Shown here: piece by piece, positions 1 to 8,928 of the stretch
Numbering within the stretch: position 1 is the stretch's first letter
Layout: each line of letters begins with the position of its first letter
NCBI GenBank assembly: GCA_020719345.1
Contig: DYQJ01000001.1
Span: 5,621-44,518, forward strand
Reading direction: 5' to 3'
Origin: Draconibacterium orientale
GTDB lineage: Bacteria; Bacteroidota; Bacteroidia; Bacteroidales; DYQJ01
Length of the DNA stretch: 38,898 nt
The notes under the pieces: generated by a model
The model's input: only the letters and a program-made list of their open reading frames with translations
Told to the model about the DNA's origin: nothing
The model's database searches: none
Translations under genes and position numbers: made by a program

Positions 1-464
1 GGGCGAAGGATTAGTTCCTATTCCCTAAACCCTACTCCCTCGCACCTAACAGGGCGAAGGATTAGTTCCTATTCCCTAAACCCTACTCCCTCGCACCTAA
101 CAGGGCGAAGGATTAGTTCCTATTCCCTAAACCCTACTCCCTCGCACCTAACAGGGCGAAGTATTAGTTCCTATTCCCTAAACCCTACTCCCTCGCACCT
201 AACAGGGGTGAAGGATTAGTTCCTATTCCCTAAACCCTACTCCCTCGCACCTAACAGGGGCGAAGGATTAGTTCCTATTCCCTAAACCCTACTCCCTCGC
301 ACCTAACAGGGGCGAAGGATTAGTTCCTATTCCCTAAACCCTACTCCCTCGCACCTAACAGGGCGAAGGATTAGTTCCTATTCCCTAAACCCTACTCCCT
401 CGCCACTAACAAGGGCGAAGGATTAGTTCCTATTCCCTAAACCCTACTCCCTCGCCACTAACAG
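1..464. repeat. Tandem array of nine 51-52 bp units (GGGCGAAGGATTAGTTCCTATTCCCTAAACCCTACTCCCTCGCACCTAACA), running to the left edge of the window
   Basis: Units start at 1, 52, 103, 154, 205, 257, 309, 361 and 413. They are near-identical with no spacers. The array ends directly against the TAG stop (465-467) of the neighbouring minus-strand gene. Confidence 0.98.
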
Positions 465-3400
465 CTAAATTTTTATTCCCATGACTAAAATGTCATCTAT
501 TTGAAACATAGTACCTTTCCAGCTAATATTTTCTGCATCTAAGATGTCTTTCTGTTGGGAAAACGGCAAATTATTTATTTTGATTAATAATTCTTTGAAA
601 CGCTTAGTCTTATATTTTTCTTTATAGCTCTCGTTGAATTGGTCTACATAACCGTCTGAAAATAAATATATTCTGTCGTTTTTGTCCATTTCAATAAAAG
701 ACGATTCAAAATCTTTCTCCTTATAATATATTCCGATTGGGTTTTTCGTTGCTTTTAGTTCTATTAGGTCATTATAATTTTCGTTTTTAAAAATATATGC
801 CGAGTTGTTTGCACCTGCAAAATCTAATATCTTATTATTTTGGTCATAAATACACAATGCAATATCCATCCCGTCTTTTGTATCTACGTCATAATCTGTC
901 TGTTGAAGTGATATTTTAATTTGATTTCGTAGTTCATTAAGTACTTGACAAGATTTTTTAACACTTTCTTGTCGTATAATTTCATTTAAAAGTGCTATTC
1001 CAAGCATACTAACAAAGGCGCCTGGAACTCCATGTCCGGTACAGTCGGCTACAGCAAATACTAAGTAATGTTTTATTTTTTTCATCCAATAGAAGTCGCC
1101 GCTGACTATGTCTTTTGGTTTGAATAAAACAAAATAGTCACTGAAATTTTGTTCAAATAATTGATTAATAGGTAATACCGCATTTTGAATACGGCTGGCA
1201 TAATTGATACTGTCTTTTATCTCCTGATGCGCCTTTTCTATTTTCTCTTTTTGTTTATTTATTTCATAAGTTCTTTCGGTTACTTTTTGCTCCAGAATAT
1301 TTCGTTGATTTATAAGTTTACGTTCTCTTAGCTTAATAAAAAAATATATCAAAAAAACTACAATAAAGATATAAGAAATTATAGCTATTCGGCTCATCCA
1401 CCAGGGCGGTAAAATTTTGATATTAATTTCAATTCCTATATTATTCCATGTGCCATCATTATTAGCTGCTATTACCGAAAAAACATATTCTCCGGCTGCC
1501 AAATTGCTAAAAGGCACGAAGTTACGAGTACCTATATGTATCCATTCTTCATCTTTTCCGTTTTTGGACATCTTGTAAGCATATTGATTTTTATTGTAAT
1601 TAGTATATTCTAAAGCAGAAAATTGAATAGTAAATGCAGATATATCATCGTCTAAAACAATATCTTGAACACTATCTACATTGATATAAAATAAATTAGC
1701 TTTTGTTACCACTTCAAATTTTGTAAACACTATATTGGGGACAAATAAATTATTGCTAAGAGAGTCGGGATAAAAAGAATTAAATCCGTTCATTCCGCCA
1801 AAAAATATTTCCCCATCCGGACTGATATATTTCGCGCCGAGATTAAATTCCACACTTTGTAACCCTTCTTCTATGCTGTAATTAGTGAAGCTGTTATTAT
1901 CGTGATTAAATTTTGACAATCCTGAACCGGTTGCTAACCAGAGACTTTTATTTTTGTCTTCTAATATTTCGTACACCACATTACCCGCTAATCCGGATTC
2001 TACTGAGAAAAAAGTGAACGAGTTATCTTTTTTATTATACTTATTTAATCCCGAATTAGTGCCTATCCATATATTTCCTTCAAAATCTTCGCACAACGAG
2101 ATGACAAAATTATCACACAAAGAATTTGTATTTTCCTGGTCTTTTAGAAAATGCGTTATTTTATTTTTTTGCAAATCAAACATATCAAGTCCGTTAGCCG
2201 TTGCTATCCACAAAAATCCCTGACTGTCTATCATTATTTCATAAATATAATTCCAACAAATAAACGATTCTTTATATATCTCTGTTTTATAATCTATTAA
2301 GTTTATTTTTATAAGACCATTTTGCGTGCCGAACCACAAGTTTTTGTTTTTATCTTCTATGATAGAATTAACTCTATTATTTTCAAAATTAGGAATATTT
2401 TTAGAATTAAAAAAGAGATGAGCATATTGAAATTTCTGCTTGTCGGTATCATAAATCATGACCCCGTTGCGTGTGCCTATCCACACGTGTCCGTAGGAGT
2501 CCTCTTTGATTGCGTGAATATAATTATCACAAATATAATTATTTAACGAGTCGGCGGAAAAATGTTTTACATAATTAGCACTTCTGTTATAGATATTTAA
2601 TCCTTTTCCCCAATTGCCTACCCAGATATTATTTTCTTTGTCTTTGTATAACGAGGCGATAATATTGTCTAAAAGATTGACAGAATTTGCCTCTTGTGAT
2701 TGTCGGTATAATCTAAATTTTTGTGGTTTCAAATCGGTTTTAGAAATTCCCTTCAAAGTAGCTACCCACAAATTATTGGAATTATCTATTGTTATATCAA
2801 ATATATTATCATTAATCAGCGCAGATTTTTGTTGATTATATAATTGAAAACGAATATTAATATTTTCATTATCAAGTAAATAACAAGAAGCAATACCTTT
2901 ATCTGTTCCTATCCATAATCTATTGTTTCTGTCGCACAAAATGGAGTTTATAGAATTAGATGGTAACGAGAAATTGTCATCTGGATTGTTATAATATTTT
3001 ATAATTTTTTTTGTCTTTTTATTATAAAAGTTCAAACCATTTGCTGTTCCAAACCATAAATTTTTATTATTGTCTTCACAAATAGATTTAACTATTTGAT
3101 TACTGATAGCAAAATCATCTGGTAAGTTAAGCGTATTTTCTGCGGTTATGTTATTAAAAATTTGTTTAGAAATATCAAAATAAGCAAGTCCTTTTGTGGA
3201 GGCAATCCATATTAGTCCTTCGCTGTCTTTAAATATAGGTATTTTTTCATTCTTATCGGTGTTATCAATTTCTTGCGAATTTACATAATGTTTATATGTG
3301 CTATCCCTTAAATTATAGATAGTTAAGACGGGTGGCGTGTTGATATATAGTTGATAATTATCTACATAAATTCCGTAAACGCATTTTACAATGTTATCAA

Positions 3401-3806
3401 AGCTTATTAAAGAGTATTTTAATTTTTTAAATACTCCGCTTTTTTTATCAAAACAATTGACGCCTTTTTTTGTTGCTATCCAGATTTTTCCATCTTTGGA
3501 TTCGGTAATATCAAATATCCAATTGTCGGATATAGAGTTCGTATCTATATGCGAGTAGCGATATTTGGTAAAAACTTGTCCATCAAATTTATTTAAGCCG
3601 TTTTGTGTTCCGAACCACATATATCCTTGCGAGTCATGAAACACACAATTGACCACACTTTGCGAGAGACCATGTTGAATGTCATAACTTGTAAAAAAAA
3701 GTTGCTGCGAAAAAAGAAGTAATTTATTTGTTATCAGCAACAAAATTAAAATAAATATTTTTTTCAAATTTTTCAATGGTTTATAAAATAGATTAATCAT
3801 TTTCAT
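465..3806 (-). CDS. Membrane sensor phosphatase: two-component-regulator beta-propeller repeats + Y_Y_Y domain + TM helix + SpoIIE/PP2C domain
   Basis: Signal peptide; many D-x-x-G-x-x-W-x-G-T-x-x-G-L propeller repeats; a Y_Y_Y-like segment (QYAYKM...FSNLAAGEYVFSV); PPWW before the TM helix; PP2C motifs VSGDFY, ADCTGHGVPG, DGMD, FSDG and DDI. Confidence 0.93.
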   Translation of the reverse strand: MKMINLFYKPLKNLKKIFILILLLITNKLLLFSQQLFFTSYDIQHGLSQSVVNCVFHDSQGYMWFGTQNGLNKFDGQVFTKYRYSHIDTNSISDNWIFDITESKDGKIWIATKKGVNCFDKKSGVFKKLKYSLISFDNIVKCVYGIYVDNYQLYINTPPVLTIYNLRDSTYKHYVNSQEIDNTDKNEKIPIFKDSEGLIWIASTKGLAYFDISKQIFNNITAENTLNLPDDFAISNQIVKSICEDNNKNLWFGTANGLNFYNKKTKKIIKYYNNPDDNFSLPSNSINSILCDRNNRLWIGTDKGIASCYLLDNENINIRFQLYNQQKSALINDNIFDITIDNSNNLWVATLKGISKTDLKPQKFRLYRQSQEANSVNLLDNIIASLYKDKENNIWVGNWGKGLNIYNRSANYVKHFSADSLNNYICDNYIHAIKEDSYGHVWIGTRNGVMIYDTDKQKFQYAHLFFNSKNIPNFENNRVNSIIEDKNKNLWFGTQNGLIKINLIDYKTEIYKESFICWNYIYEIMIDSQGFLWIATANGLDMFDLQKNKITHFLKDQENTNSLCDNFVISLCEDFEGNIWIGTNSGLNKYNKKDNSFTFFSVESGLAGNVVYEILEDKNKSLWLATGSGLSKFNHDNNSFTNYSIEEGLQSVEFNLGAKYISPDGEIFFGGMNGFNSFYPDSLSNNLFVPNIVFTKFEVVTKANLFYINVDSVQDIVLDDDISAFTIQFSALEYTNYNKNQYAYKMSKNGKDEEWIHIGTRNFVPFSNLAAGEYVFSVIAANNDGTWNNIGIEINIKILPPWWMSRIAIISYIFIVVFLIYFFIKLRERKLINQRNILEQKVTERTYEINKQKEKIEKAHQEIKDSINYASRIQNAVLPINQLFEQNFSDYFVLFKPKDIVSGDFYWMKKIKHYLVFAVADCTGHGVPGAFVSMLGIALLNEIIRQESVKKSCQVLNELRNQIKISLQQTDYDVDTKDGMDIALCIYDQNNKILDFAGANNSAYIFKNENYNDLIELKATKNPIGIYYKEKDFESSFIEMDKNDRIYLFSDGYVDQFNESYKEKYKTKRFKELLIKINNLPFSQQKDILDAENISWKGTMFQIDDILVMGIKI

Positions 3807-3916
3807 AGGGGTTTATCATAATTTTTTTAGAGAATACAAATTAATGAAAAAAACGCTTATCTTCTTATTTTGAGTAAGATTATAAGCGTTTTTTTGGCAT
3901 GTTTCATTTATTAGTT

Positions 3917-4038
3917 TACACTTCTTTGCGAAACTTTGCGTTTTTACCTTTGCGAGACTCTGCGTGAAACATTTGATTATCAGTTTCTCGCAGAGTTTCG
4001 CAAAGTTTCTCGCAGAGTTTCGCAAAGAAAAAAGTGTC
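3917..4038. repeat. Long imperfect palindromic (REP-like) element built from CTTTGCGARACTYTGCG modules, copy 1
   Basis: Left arm TTCTTTGCGAAACTTTGCG...CTTTGCGAGACTCTGCGTGAAAC, loop ATTTGATTATCA, right arm GTTTCTCGCAGAGTTTCGCAAAG...CGCAGAGTTTCGCAAAGAA. Confidence 0.85.
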
Positions 4039-4103
4039 AACTACTTTTAAGCATTTATAAAAGATGCCGTTTTTTTATATTTAAAATTCACAACTTTTAT
4101 TAC

Positions 4104-4313
4104 CTATCGCAATACCGCTTGCATATCTTGCAAAATCGGCGACACTTCTGCTCCATATTTTTTTATAAAATACGCAATTTCTATACCAACTAAATTATTT
4201 TCGCTGTCATATTCAAACACAACATTTTTTTCTTTTTCTTCACTTTCAAACACCTTAGCGTCAGAAAATTCGATGTATAAAACATCTGCTTCTTTATCAT
4301 AAGTTATTTTCAT
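4104..4313 (-). CDS. DUF2283-family small acidic protein (putative antitoxin)
   Basis: MKITYDKEADVLYIEF...EYDSENNLVGIEI matches the DUF2283 pattern. The ATG at 4313 overlaps the upstream TGA (ATGA coupling). Confidence 0.85.
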   Translation of the reverse strand: MKITYDKEADVLYIEFSDAKVFESEEKEKNVVFEYDSENNLVGIEIAYFIKKYGAEVSPILQDMQAVLR

Positions 4314-4564
4314 TTGCAATCGTTTTTAGTCATTTTTCTATCAAAATACGCAGTAATTACAAGTCTCTTTAAAGGATTAAATACCACTTTGAAGCATCTA
4401 CTTCCAAAATTCACTATTTTTTTGAAAAAATGCTGTTCTTCTTCCTCTAATTCAACAAATTTATCAGGATTACTTATGGTCTCGTCTACATGCTCTCTCA
4501 CTACCTTGCCCTTTTCTATTTTTTCTTGCAAGTGTTTAGATAATTCGTATTCATTTTTTCCCAT
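4310..4564 (-). CDS. DUF4258-family small basic protein (putative RelE/BrnT-like toxin)
   Basis: YELSKHLQEKI...ETISNPD...KVV...LVITAYFDR pattern; translationally coupled to the DUF2283 gene, a common pairing. Confidence 0.75.
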   Translation of the reverse strand: MGKNEYELSKHLQEKIEKGKVVREHVDETISNPDKFVELEEEEQHFFKKIVNFGSRCFKVVFNPLKRLVITAYFDRKMTKNDCK

Positions 4565-4627
4565 TATCAATTATAATTTATAAATTAAGCACATCACATT
4601 AACACTATTGTAATAACAATTTGTCGG

Positions 4628-4635
4628 CAAAGTTA
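4628..4635 (-). promoter_or_regulatory. Putative Bacteroidota -7 promoter box for the TA-like pair
   Basis: TAACTTTG on the minus strand about 65 nt upstream of the ATG at 4564; no clear -33 box. Confidence 0.45.
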
Positions 4636-4792
4636 AAATAAAAAATTAATAAAAAAAATATTTTACTTTTTTTTTGCACTAAAAAGTAATTTTTTTAACT
4701 AATAACACAACCATTTTTCGTCTTGTTAAGCATTTTTATTTTCAATTATAGTTATTTCCTCTTCTGTTATATTGTAAAGTTGGTAAACCAAT

Positions 4793-5107
4793 TTATCTAT
4801 TTCGTTGTCGGTAAAATCTATTCGGCGTTTTAGCTGTTCTTTTTCGGTTTGACGGTTTGGCAGATTCACAAAATAAATTGTCTGTAGAGACTGCGGCAAT
4901 TATTTCCCATAATAATTCATAATAAGCAACCCAACCATATTGTCCTTGTTTCCGTGCTAATTCGATATACCATAATGCAAAATCTTTTTGCTTAATCAAT
5001 TCGTGTTCTGTTAATGACGACAATTTTGTGTGTGTTTCTGCAGCATTTATTTTAAGATCTTCAAATTTATCCCATGACGATTTATTTACACGTTTGTCTT
5101 GCCGCAT
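4793..5107 (-). CDS. Hypothetical protein; probably the C-terminal part of a frameshifted gene shared with 5086..5385
   Basis: 104-aa ORF whose frame stays open upstream to about 5215, overlapping the preceding ORF across an A7 run. Confidence 0.55.
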   Translation of the reverse strand: MRQDKRVNKSSWDKFEDLKINAAETHTKLSSLTEHELIKQKDFALWYIELARKQGQYGWVAYYELLWEIIAAVSTDNLFCESAKPSNRKRTAKTPNRFYRQRNR

Positions 5108-5385
5108 AGCCGCGTGTTGATTGATATTAATAACGGCTTCGTTGTAGCTTTTTTTAGGTTGCTTCGTAGTTTTTTGTTTGCTGCTTCGAGTTCTTCGTTT
5201 TCGGTCTTCAAGTAATTATACGGATAATACGATTTATATTCTATGTATGCGTCATTATTCTTAACCATCCAACCGGTGGTTTCTCGGAGTTCTTCAGTGG
5301 TAGCGTCTTTACGTTCACTTAGAAATATTTCGTGAACAATAAGGACTTCGCTTTTTTCGATTGTATTAAGCATCTTTACCTTCAT
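5086..5385 (-). CDS. Hypothetical protein; probably the N-terminal part of a frameshifted gene
   Basis: 99-aa ATG-initiated ORF with a coiled-coil-like segment (ENEELEAANKKLRSNLKK); no family recognised. Confidence 0.55.
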   Translation of the reverse strand: MKVKMLNTIEKSEVLIVHEIFLSERKDATTEELRETTGWMVKNNDAYIEYKSYYPYNYLKTENEELEAANKKLRSNLKKATTKPLLISINTRLCGKTNV

Positions 5386-5406
5386 TGGCTAATTTCATTT
5401 ATTCGG

Positions 5407-5478
5407 TTACTCTTCTTTGCGAAACGAAGATTGAAATATTTGATTATCAATTTCTCGCAGAATTTCGCAAAGAAAAAA
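5407..5478. repeat. Shorter, degenerate second copy of the 3917-4038 palindromic element, same orientation
   Basis: TTACTCTTCTTTGCGAAAC...TGAAATATTTGATTATCAATTTCTCGCAGAATTTCGCAAAGAAAAAA shares both ends and the ATTTGATTATCA loop with copy 1. Confidence 0.8.
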
Positions 5479-5500
5479 GAGAGTTTAATTGAAGAACCAC

Positions 5501-7492
5501 TTATAATCGTCTTTCCTGTCTTACATTATCAATAGTATCAACAAAATTAATATTGTCTAAAGATAAATCATAAAATAATTTAGCTACAATTTCTTTGTGT
5601 CGGTTGTCTATAAACTGCTCATTTATAGTTGTTTGTAACAGTTCTCGCGTAAGCGGAAAATTAGATTTGTTATATTCTCTTTTTTTAATTTCAAAATCGG
5701 AGTTGCTTGCCGCCGCATTAAAAGGTTGAGAAAGTAAGGTCATATTTCCAAGACGATAGGTATAAAAATCTCTACATTTCTGACTAAATTGCGTAATCCA
5801 ATTACTCTGCTCTGCCGGATAACGTGGAATAATATGCTCTAAGGTGACTTTATTCAAATCAATATTATATTTTCCCATGTCTTTGGCGTTTTCTGTTAGC
5901 CGAAAATACTTAATTATCAATAAAGTAGCAATTTCATTATTTTGAAGTTCTCCATTTATAAGATGACGAAGTTCTTTTTTCTCTTCGTCTGCGATTTTAA
6001 GAAATGATATTGCCGAGTTAATATCCATCTTATTTAGCGCACCGATAGCGGCATTAATATTTTTTGCGGAAAATTTGGAGCCCGGCTTCAATAAAATATA
6101 TACAAAATATTGTTCAAAATATTGAATAAGAATTCTAAAATTTATAAGATGCTCAAAATAAAAGTGTTCTGCGTATAATTTATTCATTGCATTGCTTAGA
6201 TATTTTTTTTCTTCATCTCTGTCAATCGGCGGTCTTTGTAAATATCTGATTTTCAGGTCTTCTATTTTATTATCTATTTCTTTGAACATAATAAACTCAT
6301 CTGTACTAATTTTAGATTTATTAATATATCTAAAAAGTGCGAGCAAGAAGTTATAAGTGTGTTTTTCGTTTCTACACAATAACAAAAAATTTATTCGTTG
6401 TTCTTGATAAGGAATGCGATTGTTAAGAATCATTTGAAAATTGTACAAATCCGAACTGACATCTTCATAAAATAGTTCTATGGCTTTTTTGCCGACGATA
6501 TCCGAGTATTTATCATTAAAAATAGTTTCTATTTCGGTAAACGCCGAGTATTTTTGTTGCTTAGCATTGATAGTTTCTACCCATCTGCTGATAAATTCAT
6601 CGGAAATTCCGCTAAGCTCTAAGTAGTTCCATTTAGCAACCGGGTCATCATTTTTTATTTCGTCAAATTTTCGTATGACAAAATTACGAAACAAATCTTT
6701 ATTAGATAATGGCAGTCCGCGGTTATTCAAAATCTCAAAAATAACATAAGCATCATGCAAATTAAAAGTTTTGATTCTGATGATAGAGACTCTCTCCGTT
6801 AAAAAGCCGATAAATCTGTCCAATTTATTAGCCAATTCTACGGTGAAACCTTTTCCCGAGTCATAAAAATAAGTTTCAAACTGTTGAACAAAATATTTCC
6901 TATTCTTGTAATAGCGTTGCGAGATAATATTATCTTCTTCATATTTACTGCTATTTATTTTATCATTGCATTCCAAAACATCTTGTAGTACGGCATCAAA
7001 ATTAACGTTTACGGTATTGCTTTCTATTTTAACTTTTTTCTCTTTAGGTATAACTCCTCCGAAACGTTGGATATTGAATATTTTATTGTCCACATGATTG
7101 ATTATAGGAATAATATATGTATGGTCAAAATTTGTTTTGTCACTATTATTAGCAAACCTCATGGTATCAGAAGTTTTTTTGAGGAAGCATTTTATTGAGG
7201 CAAAAAGAATGACGATAGAAATAAGTCGTTGTTGTCCGTCTATAACTTCAAATTCGCGGTTTTTGACTTCTCGCATCACCATTGAACCAAAAAAATAAGG
7301 GTTCTCGTTCTCCGAATTATTAATAAAAAATTCGTATAAGTCGTCCCACATCATATTTATTTGGTTGTTGCGTTCGCTTTTGCCTTCGCAGTCCCATTCA
7401 TATCGGCGTTGATATCCAGGAATAATAAATTTTACGTTATCACCGAACAAATCAGTGATAACAATATGTTCTGGCGTAAATAAGTTATTCAT
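5501..7492 (-). CDS. GmrSD-family (DUF262 + DUF1524/HNH) modification-dependent restriction endonuclease-like protein
   Basis: DUF262 motifs IPGYQRRYEW, VIDGQQRL and FEILNNRGLPLS; C-terminal TLEHIIP...LGNMTLLS...N HNH motif. Confidence 0.9.
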   Translation of the reverse strand: MNNLFTPEHIVITDLFGDNVKFIIPGYQRRYEWDCEGKSERNNQINMMWDDLYEFFINNSENENPYFFGSMVMREVKNREFEVIDGQQRLISIVILFASIKCFLKKTSDTMRFANNSDKTNFDHTYIIPIINHVDNKIFNIQRFGGVIPKEKKVKIESNTVNVNFDAVLQDVLECNDKINSSKYEEDNIISQRYYKNRKYFVQQFETYFYDSGKGFTVELANKLDRFIGFLTERVSIIRIKTFNLHDAYVIFEILNNRGLPLSNKDLFRNFVIRKFDEIKNDDPVAKWNYLELSGISDEFISRWVETINAKQQKYSAFTEIETIFNDKYSDIVGKKAIELFYEDVSSDLYNFQMILNNRIPYQEQRINFLLLCRNEKHTYNFLLALFRYINKSKISTDEFIMFKEIDNKIEDLKIRYLQRPPIDRDEEKKYLSNAMNKLYAEHFYFEHLINFRILIQYFEQYFVYILLKPGSKFSAKNINAAIGALNKMDINSAISFLKIADEEKKELRHLINGELQNNEIATLLIIKYFRLTENAKDMGKYNIDLNKVTLEHIIPRYPAEQSNWITQFSQKCRDFYTYRLGNMTLLSQPFNAAASNSDFEIKKREYNKSNFPLTRELLQTTINEQFIDNRHKEIVAKLFYDLSLDNINFVDTIDNVRQERRL

Positions 7493-7513
7493 TGTCTTTT
7501 ATATAATTTTGAA

Positions 7514-7545
7514 CAAATATATAACATTTATAAGATATCCCCAAA
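7514..7545 (-). promoter_or_regulatory. Bacteroidota housekeeping promoter (-33 TTTG, -7 TAnnTTTG) for the GmrSD-like gene
   Basis: Minus strand TTTG (7542-7545), 20-nt spacer, TATATTTG (7514-7521), 21 nt upstream of the ATG. Confidence 0.65.
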
Positions 7546-7546
7546 A

Positions 7547-8848
7547 TTATTTTTGTATTCGCAATCCTACTATTGTGATGTCATCTCGTTGGTCCGAGTT
7601 TTGCATGTGATTATTAAGCTCTTGCTGTATTAATATTTTCTGTTCTGACATTTTTTTAGTTTTTATCGTATTTAAAAAGTTGATAAATCTCTTCTTTGTA
7701 TAATTTTTGCGAAGGTCATTGCATTGGTCAGCAAATCCATCTGTAGCCAGATAGATGACATCATTTTTCTTTAAAATCCGTTTTGTATCTTCAAAAGATA
7801 ATTCACTTTTAGCAGCTGAGCGTCCTCCTAATGTTTTTCTTACCCCTTTCAATATTTCTAATTCTTTGTCGTCAGTGGATAGAAACAAATCCATCTTAGC
7901 TCCGGCAAAAGTTAATATTGTAGTGTCATTTCCTCCTCGTTCGAAGCGACAGAGTGCCAAATCCATTCCATCATTATTATGAGATTGATATTGCTTTAAG
8001 GTCTCTATCAGTTCTTGATTTAAAATTTCTAATATTCTATCAGGGTGATATTCTTTCCGTAAATATATTATTTCATCTAAAATTTTACCTCCTATCATCG
8101 TAATAAGCGCCGCCGGTACTCCATGACCTGTACAATCTGCTACTGCAAAAAAGAGTTTTTCCTTTTCTTTTCCTACTTTCTTAGGTGAAAACCAGTAGAA
8201 ATCGCCGGATATTATATCACGAGGCAAATAATAAATAAAACACTCAAAGAAATTATTTATCAAACTTTCATCCGGCAAAATGGCATCTTGAATAGTTTTA
8301 GCGTATTCCACGCTGGCTTGAAATCGCTGATTTTGCATCTCTAATAGTTCGCTTTTAACTTCCAATTCTTTCTTTTGAATCTGAATAGATAGATTTGCCT
8401 TCTGCAACAAATTAAGTGTCAGACGATGAATATAATTATTGGCACTTAATAACTCATTAAAATCTAATATCTTATAATTGTTACTCGGAAATTTTACAAG
8501 TATTGGTTTATATTGCCATTTCTTTTCGGATGCCAACTCTGAGGCTTCTGTAATTCCTATATTGCTCTCTATTATTAAATATTCCTCCAGATATTCTTCG
8601 GCTAACATGAAGCTTACATTTCGTTTTGCAAACAGCTCAAAGGAATACTGTTTAGACATCAAATCCAAAAATCGTATTTTTGAAATAAACATCTCAAAAC
8701 CACCGTTCTTGGTTACCATTACCCCTGGTATCTCTGGATTTTTGGTAAAAATAACACTCAACTTTTCTATTGCCTCATTTAGTTCTATCTTTTCTTCCGA
8801 CAAATTCAATTCAGACACCGAACTATTGATATTCAAATATACTTGCAT
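7547..8848 (-). CDS. Cytoplasmic SpoIIE/PP2C phosphatase with a possible N-terminal CBS-like sensor region
   Basis: PP2C motifs ISGDFY, ADCTGHGVP, DGMD, TDG and DDIT. The CBS-like call for the N-terminus is tentative. The ATG at 8848 is preferred because a TATATTTG box (8861-8868) overlaps the TTG start at 8863. Confidence 0.85.
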   Translation of the reverse strand: MQVYLNINSSVSELNLSEEKIELNEAIEKLSVIFTKNPEIPGVMVTKNGGFEMFISKIRFLDLMSKQYSFELFAKRNVSFMLAEEYLEEYLIIESNIGITEASELASEKKWQYKPILVKFPSNNYKILDFNELLSANNYIHRLTLNLLQKANLSIQIQKKELEVKSELLEMQNQRFQASVEYAKTIQDAILPDESLINNFFECFIYYLPRDIISGDFYWFSPKKVGKEKEKLFFAVADCTGHGVPAALITMIGGKILDEIIYLRKEYHPDRILEILNQELIETLKQYQSHNNDGMDLALCRFERGGNDTTILTFAGAKMDLFLSTDDKELEILKGVRKTLGGRSAAKSELSFEDTKRILKKNDVIYLATDGFADQCNDLRKNYTKKRFINFLNTIKTKKMSEQKILIQQELNNHMQNSDQRDDITIVGLRIQK

Positions 8849-8928
8849 AATTTTTTTATGCAAATATATTGTTATTTTATCTGTTATGCGTTAATTGTAT
8901 TTTAATTAAATATTAATTTTAAAATAAA

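Noticed and set aside
1-464. CRISPR array
   Set aside because: Units are contiguous and near-identical with no unique spacers, and no cas genes are in the window.
1-464. Eukaryotic telomere contamination (CCCTAAA) or a 17-aa coding repeat
   Set aside because: There is only one exact CCCTAAA per unit within a complex unit joined to a bacterial gene; 52-bp units break the frame and stop codons are frequent.
3816-4193. ORFs 3816..4040 (-) and 3936..4193 (+), and likewise 5332..5535 (+)
   Set aside because: They are translations across the palindromic elements, with no protein-family features.
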